Shown here: one piece after another, positions 1 to 13,350 of the stretch
How the letters are laid out: each line of letters opens with the position of its first letter
Position numbering within the stretch: the stretch's first letter is position 1
NCBI GenBank assembly: GCA_964016885.1
Contig: OZ024746.1
Span: 51,088,001-51,152,000 of the forward strand
DNA from: Eledone cirrhosa
Lineage: Eukaryota
Reading direction: 5' to 3'
DNA: 64,000 bases
Notes under the pieces: generated by a model
What the model was told of the DNA's origin: nothing
The model's database searches: none
What the model saw: only the letters and a program-made list of their open reading frames with translations
Made by a program: the position numbers and the translations under genes

Positions 1-1194
1 CTGTCTAGGGAAACTACAGCCAAGAGAACGGGCTTGGGTGGATTAACAAGATTGCCACTGTCTCTATCTACTGTCTAGCGCAACCACAGCCAAGGGAACG
101 GGCTTGGGTGGATCAACGAGATTGACACTGTCCATATCTACTGTCTAGCGAAACCACAGCCAAGGGAACGGAGTTGGTTGGATCAACGCGATTGCCACTA
201 ACCCTATCTACTGTCTAGCGATACCACAGCCAAGGGAACGGGCTTGGGTGGATCAACGAGATTGCCACTGTCCCTATCTACTGTCTAGCCAAACCAAAGC
301 CAAGGGAACGGGCTTGGGTGGATCAACGAGATTGCCACTGTCCCTATCTACTGTTTAGCGAAACCACAGCCAGGAGAACGGGCTTGGACGGATCAACGAG
401 AGTGCCACTGTCCCTATCTACTGTCTAGCGAAACCACAGCCAAGAGAACGGGCTTGGGTGGATCAACGAGATTGCCACTGTCCCTATCTACTGTCTAGCC
501 AAACCAAAGCCAAGGGAACGGGCTTGGGTGGATCAACGAGATTGCCACTGTCCCTATCTACTGTCTAGCGAAACCACAGCCAAGGTAACGATCTTGGACG
601 GATCAACGAGATTGCCACTGTCCCTATCTACTGTCTAGCGAAACCACAGCCAAGGGAACGAGCTTGGACGGATCAACGAGATTACCACTGTCCCTATCTA
701 CTGTCTAGCGAGACCACAACCGAGGGAGTGAGCTTGGACGTATCAACGAGATTGCTACTGTCCCTATCTATTGTGTAGCGAAACCACAGCCAAGAGAACG
801 GGCGTGGGTGGATCATCGAGATTGCCACTGTCCCTCTCTACTGTCTAGCGAAACCACAGCCAAGAGAACGGGCTTGGGTGGATCAACGAGATAGCCACTG
901 TCACTATCTACAGTCTAGTGCAACTACAGCCAAGGGAACGGGTTTGGCTGGATCAACAATATTGCCACTGTCCCTATCTACTGTCTAGCGAAACCACAGG
1001 CGAGAGAACGGACTTGGGTGGATCAACGAGATTGCCACTGTGCCTCTCTACTGTCTAGCGAAACCACAGCCAAGAGAACGGGCTTGGGTAGATCAACGAG
1101 ATTGCCACTGTCCTTATCTACTTTCTAGCGAAACCACAGCCTAAGGAAAGAGCTTGGGTGGATCAACGAGATTGCTACTTTGCCTATCTACTGA

Positions 1195-1227
<33 letters not shown>

Positions 1228-1263
1228 CTGGATCATCGAGATTGCCACTGTCGCTATCTACTG

Positions 1264-1297
<34 letters not shown>

Positions 1298-2049
1298 GTC
1301 GATCAACGAGATTTCCACTGTCCCTATCTTATGTCTAGCGAAACCGCAGCCAACGGAACGAGCTTGGGTGGATCAACGAGATTGCCACTGTCCCTCTCTA
1401 CTGTCTAGCGAAACCACAGTCAAGGGAACGAGCTTGGACGGATCAACGAGATTAGCACACTCCCTATCTACTGTCTAGCGAAACCACAGCAAAGAAAACG
1501 AGCTTGGACGGATCAACCAGATTAGCACGGTCCCTATCTACTGTTTAGCGAAACCACAGCCGAGGGAACGGGCTTGGTTGGATCAACCAGATTGCCACTG
1601 TCCCTCTCTACTGTCTAGCGAAACCACAGCCAAGAGAACGGGCTTGGACGGATCAACGAGAGTGCCACTGTCCCTATCTACTGTCTAGCGAAACCACAGA
1701 CAAGAGAACGGGCTTGTGTGGATCAACGAGATTGCCACTGTCCCTCTCTACTGTCTAGCGAAACCACAGTCAAGGGAACGAACTTGTACGGATCAACGAC
1801 ATTACCACTGCCCCTATCTACTGTCTAGCGAAACGACAGCAAAGAGAACGAGCTTGGACGGATCAACGAGATTACCACAGTCCCTATCTACTGTTTAGCG
1901 AAACCACAGCCGAGGGAACGGGCTTGGTTGGATCAACGAGATTGCCACTGTCCCTCTCTACGGTCTAGCGAAACCACAGCCAAGATAACGGGCTTGGACG
2001 GATCAACGAGAGTGCCACTGTCCCTATCTACTGTCTAGCGAAACCACAG

Positions 2050-5000
2050 CCAAAGGAACGGGCTTGGGTGGATCAACGAGATTGCCACTGTCCCTCTCTA
2101 CTGTCTAACGAAACCACAGCCAAGAGAACGGGCTTGTGTTGATAAACGATATAGCCACTGTCCCTATCTACTGTCTAGCGCAACCACAGCCAAGGGAACG
2201 GGCTTGGACGGATCAACGAAATTGCCACTGTCTCTATCTACTGTGTAGCGCAACCACAGCCAAGGGAACAGGCTTATCTGAATCAACGAGATTGACACTG
2301 TCCCTATCTACTGTCTAGCGAAACCACAGCCAAGGGAACGGACTTGGTTGGATCAACGAGCTTGCCAATGTCCCTCTCTACTGTCTAGCCAAACCACAGC
2401 CAAGGGAACGAGCTTGGACGGATCAACGAGATTGCCACTGTCCCTATCTTCTGTCTAGCGCAACCACAGCCAAGGAAACGAGCTTGGACGGAATAACGAG
2501 ATTGCCACTGTCCCTATCTACTGTCTAGCAAAACCACAGCCAAGAGAACGGGCTTGGGTGGATCAACGAGATTGCTACTGTCCCTATTTACTGTCTAGCG
2601 AAACCACAGGCGAGAGAACGGACTTGGGTGGATCAACGAGATTGCCACTGTCCCTCTCTACTGTGTAGCGAAACCACAGCCAAGAGAACGGGCTTGGGTG
2701 GATCAACGAGATTGCCACTGACCATATCTACTGTCTAGCGAAACCACAGCCAAGAGAACGGGCTTGGGTGGATCAACGAGATTGCCACTGTCCCTATCTA
2801 CTGTCTAGCGCAAGCACAGCCAAGGGAACAGGCTTGGGTGGATCAACGAGATTGCCACTCTCCATATCAACTGTCTAGCGAAACCACAGGCAAGGGAACG
2901 AGCTTGGGTGGATCAACGAGATTGCCACTGTCCCTCTCTACTGTCTAGTGAAACCAAGGCCAAGAGAACGGGCTTGGGTGGATCAACGAGATTGCCACTG
3001 TCCCTATCTACTGTCTAGCGCAACTACAGCCAAGGAAACGAGCTTGGACGGAATAACGAGATTGCCACTGTCCCTATCTACTGTCTAGCGAAACCACAGC
3101 CAAGGGAACGAGTTGGTTGGATCAACGCGATTGCCACTGACCCTATCTACTGTCTAGCGAAACCACAGCCAAGGGAACGGACCTGGGATGTTCAACGAGA
3201 TTGCCACTGACCCTATCTACTGTCTAGCGAAAACACAGCCAAGGGAACGAGCTTGGACGGATCAACGAGATAGCCACTGTCCTTATCTACTTTCTAGCGA
3301 AACCACAGTCAACGGAACAAGCTTGGGTGGATCAACGAGATTGCCACTGTCGCTATCTACTGTCTAGCGAAACCACAGCCAAGGGAACGGGCCTGGGTGG
3401 ATCAACGAGATTTCCACTGTCCCTATCTTATGTCTAGCGAAACCGCAGCCAACGGAACGAGCTTGGGTGGATCAACGAGATTACCACTGTCCCTATCTAT
3501 TGTGTAGCGAAACCACAGCAAAGAGAACGAGCTTGGACGGATCAACGAGATTACCACAGTCCCTATCTAATGTTTAGCGACACCACAGCCGAGGGAACGG
3601 GCTTGGTTGGATCAACCAGATTGCCACTGTTACTCTCTACTGTCTAGCGAAACCACAGCCAAGAGAACGGGCTTGGACGGATCAACGAGAGTGCCACTGT
3701 CTCTATCTACTGTCTAGCGAAACCACAGCGAAGAGAACGGGTTTGGGTGGATCAACGAGATTGCCACTGTCCCTCTCTACTGTTTAACGAAACCACAGCC
3801 AAGAGAAAAGGCTTGGGTGGATCAACGAGATTGCTACTGTCCCTATTTACTGTCTAGCGAAACCACAGCCAAGGGATCGGCTTGGGTGGATAAACGAGAT
3901 TGCCACTGTCCCTATCTACTGTCTAGCCAAACCAAAGCCAAAGGAAACGGCTTGGTTGGACCAACAATATTGCCACTGTCCCTATCTACTGTCTAGCGAA
4001 ACCACAGCCAAGTGAACGAGCTTGGACGGATCAACGAGATTGCCACTGTCCCTCTCTACTGTCTAGCGAAACCACAGCCAAGAGAACGGGCTTGGCTGGA
4101 TCAACGAGATTGCCACTGTCGCTATCTACTGTCTAGCGAAACCACAGCCAAGGGAACAGCTTGGGTGGATAAACGAGATTGCCACTGTGCCTATCTACTG
4201 CCTAGCCAAACCAAAGCCAAAGGAACGGGCTAGGGTGGATCAACGATATTGCCACCGTCCCTCTCTACTGTCTAGCGAAACCACAGCCAAGGGAACGGAC
4301 TTGGGTGGATCAACGAGATTGACACTGTCCCTATCTACTGTCTAGCGAAACCACAGCCAAGGGAACGGACTTTGGGGAATCAACGAGATTGCCATTCTCC
4401 CTATCTACTGTCTAGCGAAACCACAGCCAAGAGAACGAGCTTGGACGGATCAACGAGGTTGCCACTGTCCTTATCTACAGTCTAGCGAAACCACAGCCAA
4501 CGGCACCGCTTGTGTGGATCAACGAGATTGCCACTGTGCCTATCTACTGTCTAGCAAAACCACAGCCAAGGGAACAGGCTTGGCTGGATCAACGAGATTG
4601 CCACTCTCCCTATCTACTGTCTAGCGAAACGACAGCCAAGTGAACGAGCTTGGACGGATCAACGAGATTGCCACTGTCCCTCTCTACTGTCTAGCGAAAC
4701 CACAGCCAAGTGAAGGGGCTTGGGTGGATCAACGAGATTGCCACTCTCCCTATCTACTGTCTAGCGCAACCACAGCCAAGCTAACGGGCTTGGTTGGATC
4801 AACGAGATTGCCACCTTCTTTATCTACTGTCTAGCGAAAGCACAGGCAAGAGAACGGACTTGTGTGGATCAACAAGATTGCCACTGTCCCTCTCTACTGT
4901 CTAGCGCAACCACAGCCAAGGGAACGGGCTTGGGTGGATCAAAGAGATTGACACTGTCCCTATCTACTGTCTAGCGAAACCACAGAGAAGGGAACGGAGT

Positions 5001-8000
5001 TGGTTGGATCAACGCGATTGCCACTGACCCTATCTACTGTCTAGCGAAACCACAGCCAAGGGAACGGACCTGGGAGGTTCAACGCGATTGCCACTGACCC
5101 TATCTACTGTCTAGCGAAAACACAGCCAAGGGAACGAGCTTGGGTGGATCAACGAGATTGCCACTGTCGCTATCTACTGTCTAGCGAAACCACAGCCAAA
5201 GGAACGGGCTTGGGTGGATCAAAGAGATTTCCACTGTCCCTATCTTATGTCTAGCGAAACCGCAGCCAACGGAACGAGCTTGGGTGGATCAACGAGATTG
5301 CCACTGTCCCTCTCTACTGTCTAGCGAAACCACAGCAAAGAGAACGAGCTTGGACGGATCAACGAGATTACCACAGTCCCTATCTACTGTTTAGCGAAAC
5401 CACAGCCGAGGGAACGGGCTTGGGTGGATCAACGAGATTGCCACTGTCCCTCTCTACTGTCTAACGAAACCACAGCCAAGAGAACGGGCTTGTGTTGATA
5501 AACGATATAGCCACTGTCCCTATCTACTGTCTAGCGCAACCACAGCCAAGGGAACGGGCTTGGGTGGATCAACGAGATTGCCACTGTCCCTCTCTACTGT
5601 CTAACGAAACCACAGCCAAGAGAACGGGCTTGTGTTGATAAACGATATAGCCACTGTCCCTATCTACTGTCTAGCGCAACCACAGCCAAGGGAACGGGCT
5701 TGGACGGATCAACGAAATTGCCACTGTCTCTATCTACTGTGTAGCGCAACCACAGCCAAGGGAACGGGCTTATCTGAATCAACGAGATTGACACTGTCCC
5801 TATCTACTGTCTAGCGAAACCACAGCCAAGGGAACGGACTTGGTTGGATCAACGAGCTTGCCAATGTCCCTCTCTACTGTCTAGCCAAACCACAGCCAAG
5901 GGAACGAGCTTGGACGGATCAACGAGATTGCCACTGTCCCTATCTTCTGTCTAGCGCAACCACAGCCAAGGAAACGAGCTTGGACGGAATAACGAGATTG
6001 CCACTGTCCCTATCTACTGTCTAGCAAAACCACAGCCAAGAGAACGGGCTTGGGTGGATCAACGAGATTGCTACTGTCCCTATTTACTGTCTAGCGAAAC
6101 CACAGGCGAGAGAACGGACTTGGGTGGATCAACGAGATTGCCACTGTCCCTCTCTACTGTGTAGCGAAACCACAGCCAAGAGAACGGGCTTGGGTGGATC
6201 AACGAGATTGCCACTGACCATATCTACTGTCTAGCGAAACCACAGCCAAGAGAACGGGCTTGGGTGGATCAACGAGATTGCCACTGTCCCTATCTACTGT
6301 CTAGCGCAAGCACAGCCAAGGGAACAGGCTTGGGTGGATCAACGAGATTGCCACTCTCCATATCAACTGTCTAGCGAAACCACAGGCAAGGGAACGAGCT
6401 TGGGTGGATCAACGAGATTGCCACTGTCCCTCTCTACTGTCTAGTGAAACCAAGGCCAAGAGAACGGGCTTGGGTGGATCAACGAGATTGCCACTGTCCC
6501 TATCTACTGTCTAGCGCAACTACAGCCAAGGAAACGAGCTTGGACGGAATAACGAGATTGCCACTGTCCCTATCTACTGTCTAGCGAAACCACAGCCAAG
6601 GGAACGAGTTGGTTGGATCAACGCGATTGCCACTGACCCTATCTACTGTCTAGCGAAACCACAGCCAAGGGAACGGACCTGGGATGTTCAACGAGATTGC
6701 CACTGACCCTATCTACTGTCTAGCGAAAACACAGCCAAGGGAACGAGCTTGGACGGATCAACGAGATAGCCACTGTCCTTATCTACTTTCTAGCGAAACC
6801 ACAGTCAACGGAACAAGCTTGGGTGGATCAACGAGATTGCCACTGTCGCTATCTACTGTCTAGCGAAACCACAGCCAAGGGAACGGGCCTGGGTGGATCA
6901 ACGAGATTTCCACTGTCCCTATCTTATGTCTAGCGAAACCGCAGCCAACGGAACGAGCTTGGGTGGATCAACGAGATTACCACTGTCCCTATCTATTGTG
7001 TAGCGAAACCACAGCAAAGAGAACGAGCTTGGACGGATCAACGAGATTACCACAGTCCCTATCTAATGTTTAGCGAAACCACAGCCGAGGGAACGGGCTT
7101 GGTTGGATCAACCAGATTGCCACTGTTACTCTCTACTGTCTAGCGAAACCACAGCCAAGAGAACGGGCTTGGACGGATCAACGAGAGTGCCACTGTCTCT
7201 ATCTACTGTCTAGCGAAACCACAGCGAAGAGAACGGGTTTGGGTGGATCAACGAGATTGCCACTGTCCCTCTCTACTGTCTAACGAAACCACAGCCAAGA
7301 GAAAAGGCTTGGGTGGATCAACGAGATTGCTACTGTCCCTATTTAATGCCTAGCGAAACCACAGCCAAGGGATCGGCTTGGGTGGATAAACGAGATTGCC
7401 ACTGTCCCTATCTACTGTCTAGCCAAACCAAAGCCAAAGGAAACGGCTTGGTTGGACCAACAATATTGCCACTGTCCCTATCTACTGTCTAGCGAAACCA
7501 CAGCCAAGTGAACGAGCTTGGACGGATCAACGAGATTTCCACTGTCCCTCTCTACTGTCTAGCGAAACCACAGCCAAGAGAACGGGCTTGGCTGGATCAA
7601 CGAGATTGCCACTGTCGCTATCTACTGTCTAGCGAAACCACAGCCAAGGGAACAGCTTGGGTGGATAAACGAGATTGCCACTGTCCCTATCTACTGCCTA
7701 GCCAAACCAAAGCCAAAGGAACGGGCTAGGGTGGATCAACGATATTGCCACCGTCCCTCTCTACTGTCTAGCGAAACCACAGCCAAGGGAACGGACTTGG
7801 GTGGATCAACGAGATTGACACTGTCCCTATCTACTGTCTAGCGAAACCACAGCCAAGGGAACGGACTTTGGGGAATCAACGAGATTGCCATTCTCCCTAT
7901 CTACTGTCTAGCGAAACCACAGCCAAGAGAACGAGCTTGGACGGATCAACGAGGTTGCCACTGTCCTTATCTACTGTCTAGCGAAACCACAGCCAACGGC

Positions 8001-8980
8001 ACCGCTTGTGTGGATCAACGAGATTGCCACTGTGCCTATCTACTGTCTAGCAAAACCACAGCCAAGGGAACAGGCTTGGCTGGATCAACGAGATTGCCAC
8101 TCTCCCTATCTACTGTCTAGCGAAACGACAGCCAAGTGAACGAGCTTGGACGGATCAACGAGATTGCCACTGTCCCTCTCTACTGTCTAGCGAAACCACA
8201 GCCAAGTGAAGGGGCTTGGGTGGATCAACGAGATTGCCACTCTCCCTATCTACTGTCTAGCGCAACCACAGCCAAGCTAACGGGCTTGGTTGGATCAACG
8301 AGATTGCCACCTTCTTTATCTACTGTCTAGCGAAACCACAGGCAAGAGAACGGACTTGTGTGGATCAACAAGATTGCCACTGTCCCTCTCTACTGTCTAG
8401 CGCAACCACAGCCAAGGGAACGGGCTTGGGTGGATCAAAGAGATTGACACTGTCCCTATCTACTGTCTAGCGAAACCACAGAGAAGGGAACGGAGTTGGT
8501 TGGATCAACGCGATTGCCACTGACCCTATCTACTGTCTAGCGAAACCACAGCCAAGGGAACGGACCTGGGAGGTTCAACGCGATTGCCACTGACCCTATC
8601 TACTGTCTAGCGAAAACACAGCCAAGGGAACGAGCTTGGACGGATCAACGAGATAGCCACTGTCCTTATCTACTGTCTAGCGAAACCACAGCCAACGGAA
8701 CGAGCTTGGGTGGATCAACGAGTTTGCCACTGTCGCTATCTACTGTCTAGCGAAACCACAGCCAAAGGAACGGGCTTGGGTGGATCAAAGAGATTTCCAC
8801 TGTCCCTATCTTATGTCTAGCGAAACCGCAGCCAACGGAACGAGCTTGGGTGGATCAACGAGATTGCCACTGTCCCTCTCTACTGTCTAGCGAAACCACA
8901 GCAAAGAGAACGAGCTTGGACGGATCAACGAGATTACCACAGTCCCTATCTACTGTTTAGCGAAACCACAGCCGAGGGAA
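2050..8980 (+). repeat. Tandem block duplication, period 3496 bp (50 monomers minus 4 bp)
   Basis: Matching variant strings and ORFs occur at 2136/5632, 4012/7508 and 4640/8136. GGCTTATCTGAATC is at 2271 and 5767. The copies differ by a few SNPs (2270 A vs 5766 G; 3581 C vs 7077 A). Boundaries are approximate. Confidence 0.9.
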
Positions 8981-11192
8981 CGGGCTTGGTTGGATCAACC
9001 AGATTGCCACTGTCCCTCTCTACTGTCTAACGAAACCACAGCCAAGAGAACGGGCTTGGACGGATCAACGAGAGTGCCACTGTCCCTATCTACTGTCTAG
9101 CGAAACCACAGCCAAGAGAACGGGTTTGGGTGGATCAACGAGATTGCCACTGTCCCTCTCTACTGTCTAACGAAACCACTGCCAAGAGAAAAGGCTTGTG
9201 TTGATAAACGAGATTGCCACTCTCCCTATCTACTGTCTAGCGCAACCACAGCCAAGGGAACGAGCTTGGACGGATCAACGAGATTGCCACTGTCCCTATC
9301 TACTGTCTAGCGAAACCACACCCCAGGGAACAGGCTTGGCTGGATCAATTAAATTGCCACTGTCCCTATCTACTGTCTAGCGAAACCACAGCCAATTGAA
9401 CGAACTTGGACGGATCAACGATATTGCCACTGTCCCTATCTATTGTCTAGCGAAACTACAGCCAAGGGAACGAGCTTGGACGGAATAACGAGATTGCCAC
9501 TGTCCCTATCTACTGTCTAGCGAAACCACAGCCAAGAGAACGGGCTTGGGTGGATCAACGAGATTGCTACTGTCCCTATTTACTGTCTAGCGAAACCACA
9601 GCCAAGGGAACGGCTTGGGTGGATAAACGAGATTGCCACTGACCCTATCTACTGTGTAGCCAAACCAAAGCCAAAGGAACGGGCTTGGGTGGATCAACGA
9701 GATTGCCACTGTCCCTATCTACTGTCTAGCGAAACCACAGCCAAGGAAACGGCTTGGGTGGATAAACGAGATTGCCACTTCCGTATCTACTGTCTAGAGA
9801 AACCACAGCCGAGGGAATGAGCTTGGACGGATCAACGAGATTGCCACTGTCCCTATCTACAGTCTAGCGCAACCACAGCCAAGGGAACGGGCTTGGGTGG
9901 ATCAACAATATTGCCACTGTCCCTATCTACTGTCTAGCGAAACCACAGCCAAGGGAACGAGTTGGTTGGATCAACGCGATTGCCACTGACCCTATCTACT
10001 GTCTAGCGAAACCACAGCCAAGGGAACGGACCTGGGAGGTTCAACGAGATTGCCACTGACCCTATCTACTGTCTAGCGAAAACACAGCCAAGGGAACGAG
10101 CTTGGACGGATCAACGAGATAGCCACTGTCCTTATCTACTTTCTAGCGAAACCACAGTCAACGGAACAAGCTTGGGTGGATCAATGAGATTGCCACTGTC
10201 GCTATCTACTGTCTAGCGAAACCACAGCCAAGGGAACGGGCCTGGGTGGATCAACGAGATTTCAACTGTCCCTATCTTATGTCTAGCGAAACCGCAGCCA
10301 ACGGAACGAGCTTGGGTGGATCAACGAGATTACCACTGTCCCTATCTATTGTGTAGCGAAACCACAGCAAAGAGAACGAGCTTGGACGGATCAACGAGAT
10401 TACCACAGTCCCTATCTAATGTTTAGCGAAACCACAGCCGAGGGAACGGGCTTGGTTGGATCAACCAGATTGCCACTGTTACTCTCTACTGTCTAGCGAA
10501 ACCACAGCCAAGAGAACGGGCTTGGACGGATCAACGAGAGTGCCACTGTCTCTATCTACTCTCTAGCGAAACCACAGCGAAGAGAACGTGTTTGGGTGGA
10601 TCAACGAGATTGCCACTGTCCCTATTTACTGTCTAGCGAAACCACAGCCAAGGGATCGGCTTGGGTGGATAAACGAGATTGCCACTGTCCCTATCTACTG
10701 TCTAGCCAAACCAAAGCCAAAGGAAACGGCTTGGGTGGATAAACGAGATTGCCACTGTCCCTATCTACAGTCTAGCGCAACCACAGCCATGGGAACGGGC
10801 TTGGTTGGACCAACAATATTGCCACTGTCCCTATCTACTGTCTAGCGAAACCACAGCCAAGTGAACGAGCTTGGACGGATCAACGAGATTGCCACTGTCC
10901 CTCTCTACTGTCTAGCGAAACCACAGCCAAGAGAACGGGCTTGTGTGGATCAACGAGATTGCCACTGACCCTATCTACTGTCTAGCGATACCACAGCCAA
11001 GGGAACGGACCTGGGAGGTTCAACGAGATTGCCACTGACCATATCTACTGTCTAGCGAAACCACAGCCAAGGGAACGAGCATGGACGGATCAACGAGATT
11101 GCCACTGTCCTTATCTACTTTCTAGCGAAACCACAGCCAACGGAACGAGCTTGGATGGATCAACGAGATTGCCACTGTGCCTATCTACTGAT

Positions 11193-11224
<32 letters not shown>

Positions 11225-12239
11225 CTGGATCAACGAGATTGCCACTGTCGCTATCTACTGTCTAGCGAAACCACAGCCAAGGGAAAGGCTTGGGTGGATA
11301 AACGAGATTGCCACTGTCCCTATCTACTGCCTAGCCAAACCAAAGCCAAAGGAACGGGCTAGGGTGGATCAACGATATTGCCACCGTCCCTCTCTACTGT
11401 CTAGCGAAACCACAGCCAAGGGAACGGACTTGGGTGGATCAACGAGATTGCCACTGACCCTATATATTGTCTAGCGAAACCACAGCCAACGGAACGAGCT
11501 TGTGTGGATCAACGAGATTGCCACTGTGCCTATCTACTGTCTAGCAAAACCACAGCCAAGGGAACAGGCTTGGCTGGATCAACGAGATTGCCACTCTCCC
11601 TATCTACTGTCTAGCGAAACGACAGCCAAGTGAACGAGCTTGGACGGATCAACGAGATTGCCACTGTCTCTCTCTACTGTCTAGCGAAACCACAGCCAAG
11701 TGAAGGGGCTTGGGTGGATCAACGAGATTGCCACTCTCCCTATCTACTGTCTAGCGCAACCACAGCCAAGCTAACGGGCTTGGTTGGATCAACGAGATTG
11801 CCACCTTCTTTATCTACTGTCTAGCGAAACCACAGGCAAGAGAACGGACTTGGGTGGATCAACAAGATTGCCACTGTCCCTCTCTACTGTCTAGCGCAAC
11901 CACAGCCAAGGGAACGGGCTTGGGTGGATCAAAGAGATTGACACTGTCCCTATCTACTGTCTAGCGAAACCACAGACAAGGGAACGGAGTTGGTTGGATC
12001 AACGCGATTGCCACTGACCCTATCTACTGTCTAGCGAAACCACAGCCAAGGGAACGGACCTGGGAGGTTCAACGCGATTGCCACTGACCCTATCTACTGT
12101 CTAGCGAAAACACAGCCAAGGGAACGAGCTTGGACGGATCAACGAGATAGCCACTGTCCTTATCTACTGTCTAGCGAAACCACAGCCAACGGAACGAGCT
12201 TGGGTGGATCAACGAGATTGCCACTGTCGCTATCTACTG

Positions 12240-12273
<34 letters not shown>

Positions 12274-13350
12274 GTGGATCAAAGAGATTTCCACTGTCCC
12301 TATCTTATGTCTAGCGAAACCGCAGCCAACGGAACGAGCTTGGGTGGATCAACGAGATTGCCACTGTCCCTCTCTACTGTCTAGCGAAACCACAGCAAAG
12401 AGAACGAGCTTGGACGGATCAACGAGATTACCACAGTCCCTATCTACTGTTTAGCGAAACCACAGCCGAGGGAACGGGCTTGGTTGGATCAACCAGATTG
12501 CCACTGTCCCTCTCTACTGTCTAGCGAAACCACAGCCAAGAGAACGGGCTTGGACGGATCAACGAGAGTGCCACTGTCCCTATCTACTGTCTAGCGAAAC
12601 CACAGCCAAGAGAACGGGTTTGGGTGGATCAACGAGATTGCCACTGTCCCTCTCTACTGTCTAACGAAACCACAGCCCAGAGAAAAGGCTTGTGTTGATA
12701 AACGAGATTGCCACTCTCCCTATCTACTGTCTAGCGCAACCACAGCCAAGGGAACGAGCTTGGACGGATCAACGAGATTGCCACTGTCCCTATCTACTGT
12801 CTAGCGAAACCACACCCCAGGGAACAGGCTTGGCTGGATCAATGAAATTGCCACTGTCCCTATCTACTGACTAGCGAAACCACAGCCAATTGAACGAACT
12901 TGGACGGATCAACGAGATTGCCACTGTCCCTATCTATTGTCTAGCGAAACTACAGCCAAGGGAACGAGCTTGGACGGAATAACGAGATTGCCACTGTCCC
13001 TATCTACTGTCTAGCGAAACCACAGCCAAGAGAACGGGCTTGGGTGGATCAACGAGATTGCTACTGTCCCTGTTTACTGTCTAGCGAAACCACAGCCAAG
13101 GGAACGGCTTGGGTGGATAAACGGGATTGCCACTGACCCTATCTACTGTCTAGCCAAACCAAAGCCAAAGGAACGGGCTTGGGTGGATCAACGAGATTGC
13201 CACTGTCCCTATCTACTGTCTAGCGAAACCACAGCCAAGGAAACGGCTTGGGTGGATAAACGAGATTGCCACTTCCGTATCTACTGTCTAGAGAAACCAC
13301 AGCCGAGGGAATGAGCTTGGACGGATCAACGAGATTGCCACTGTCCCTAT
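8000..13350 (+). repeat. Partial further repeat, period 3494 bp (about 8000-9850 matches about 11500-13350)
   Basis: ORF pairs 8136/11630 and 9198/12692; marker TTCCGTATCTACTGTCTAGAGA at 9779 and 13273. Confidence 0.8.
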
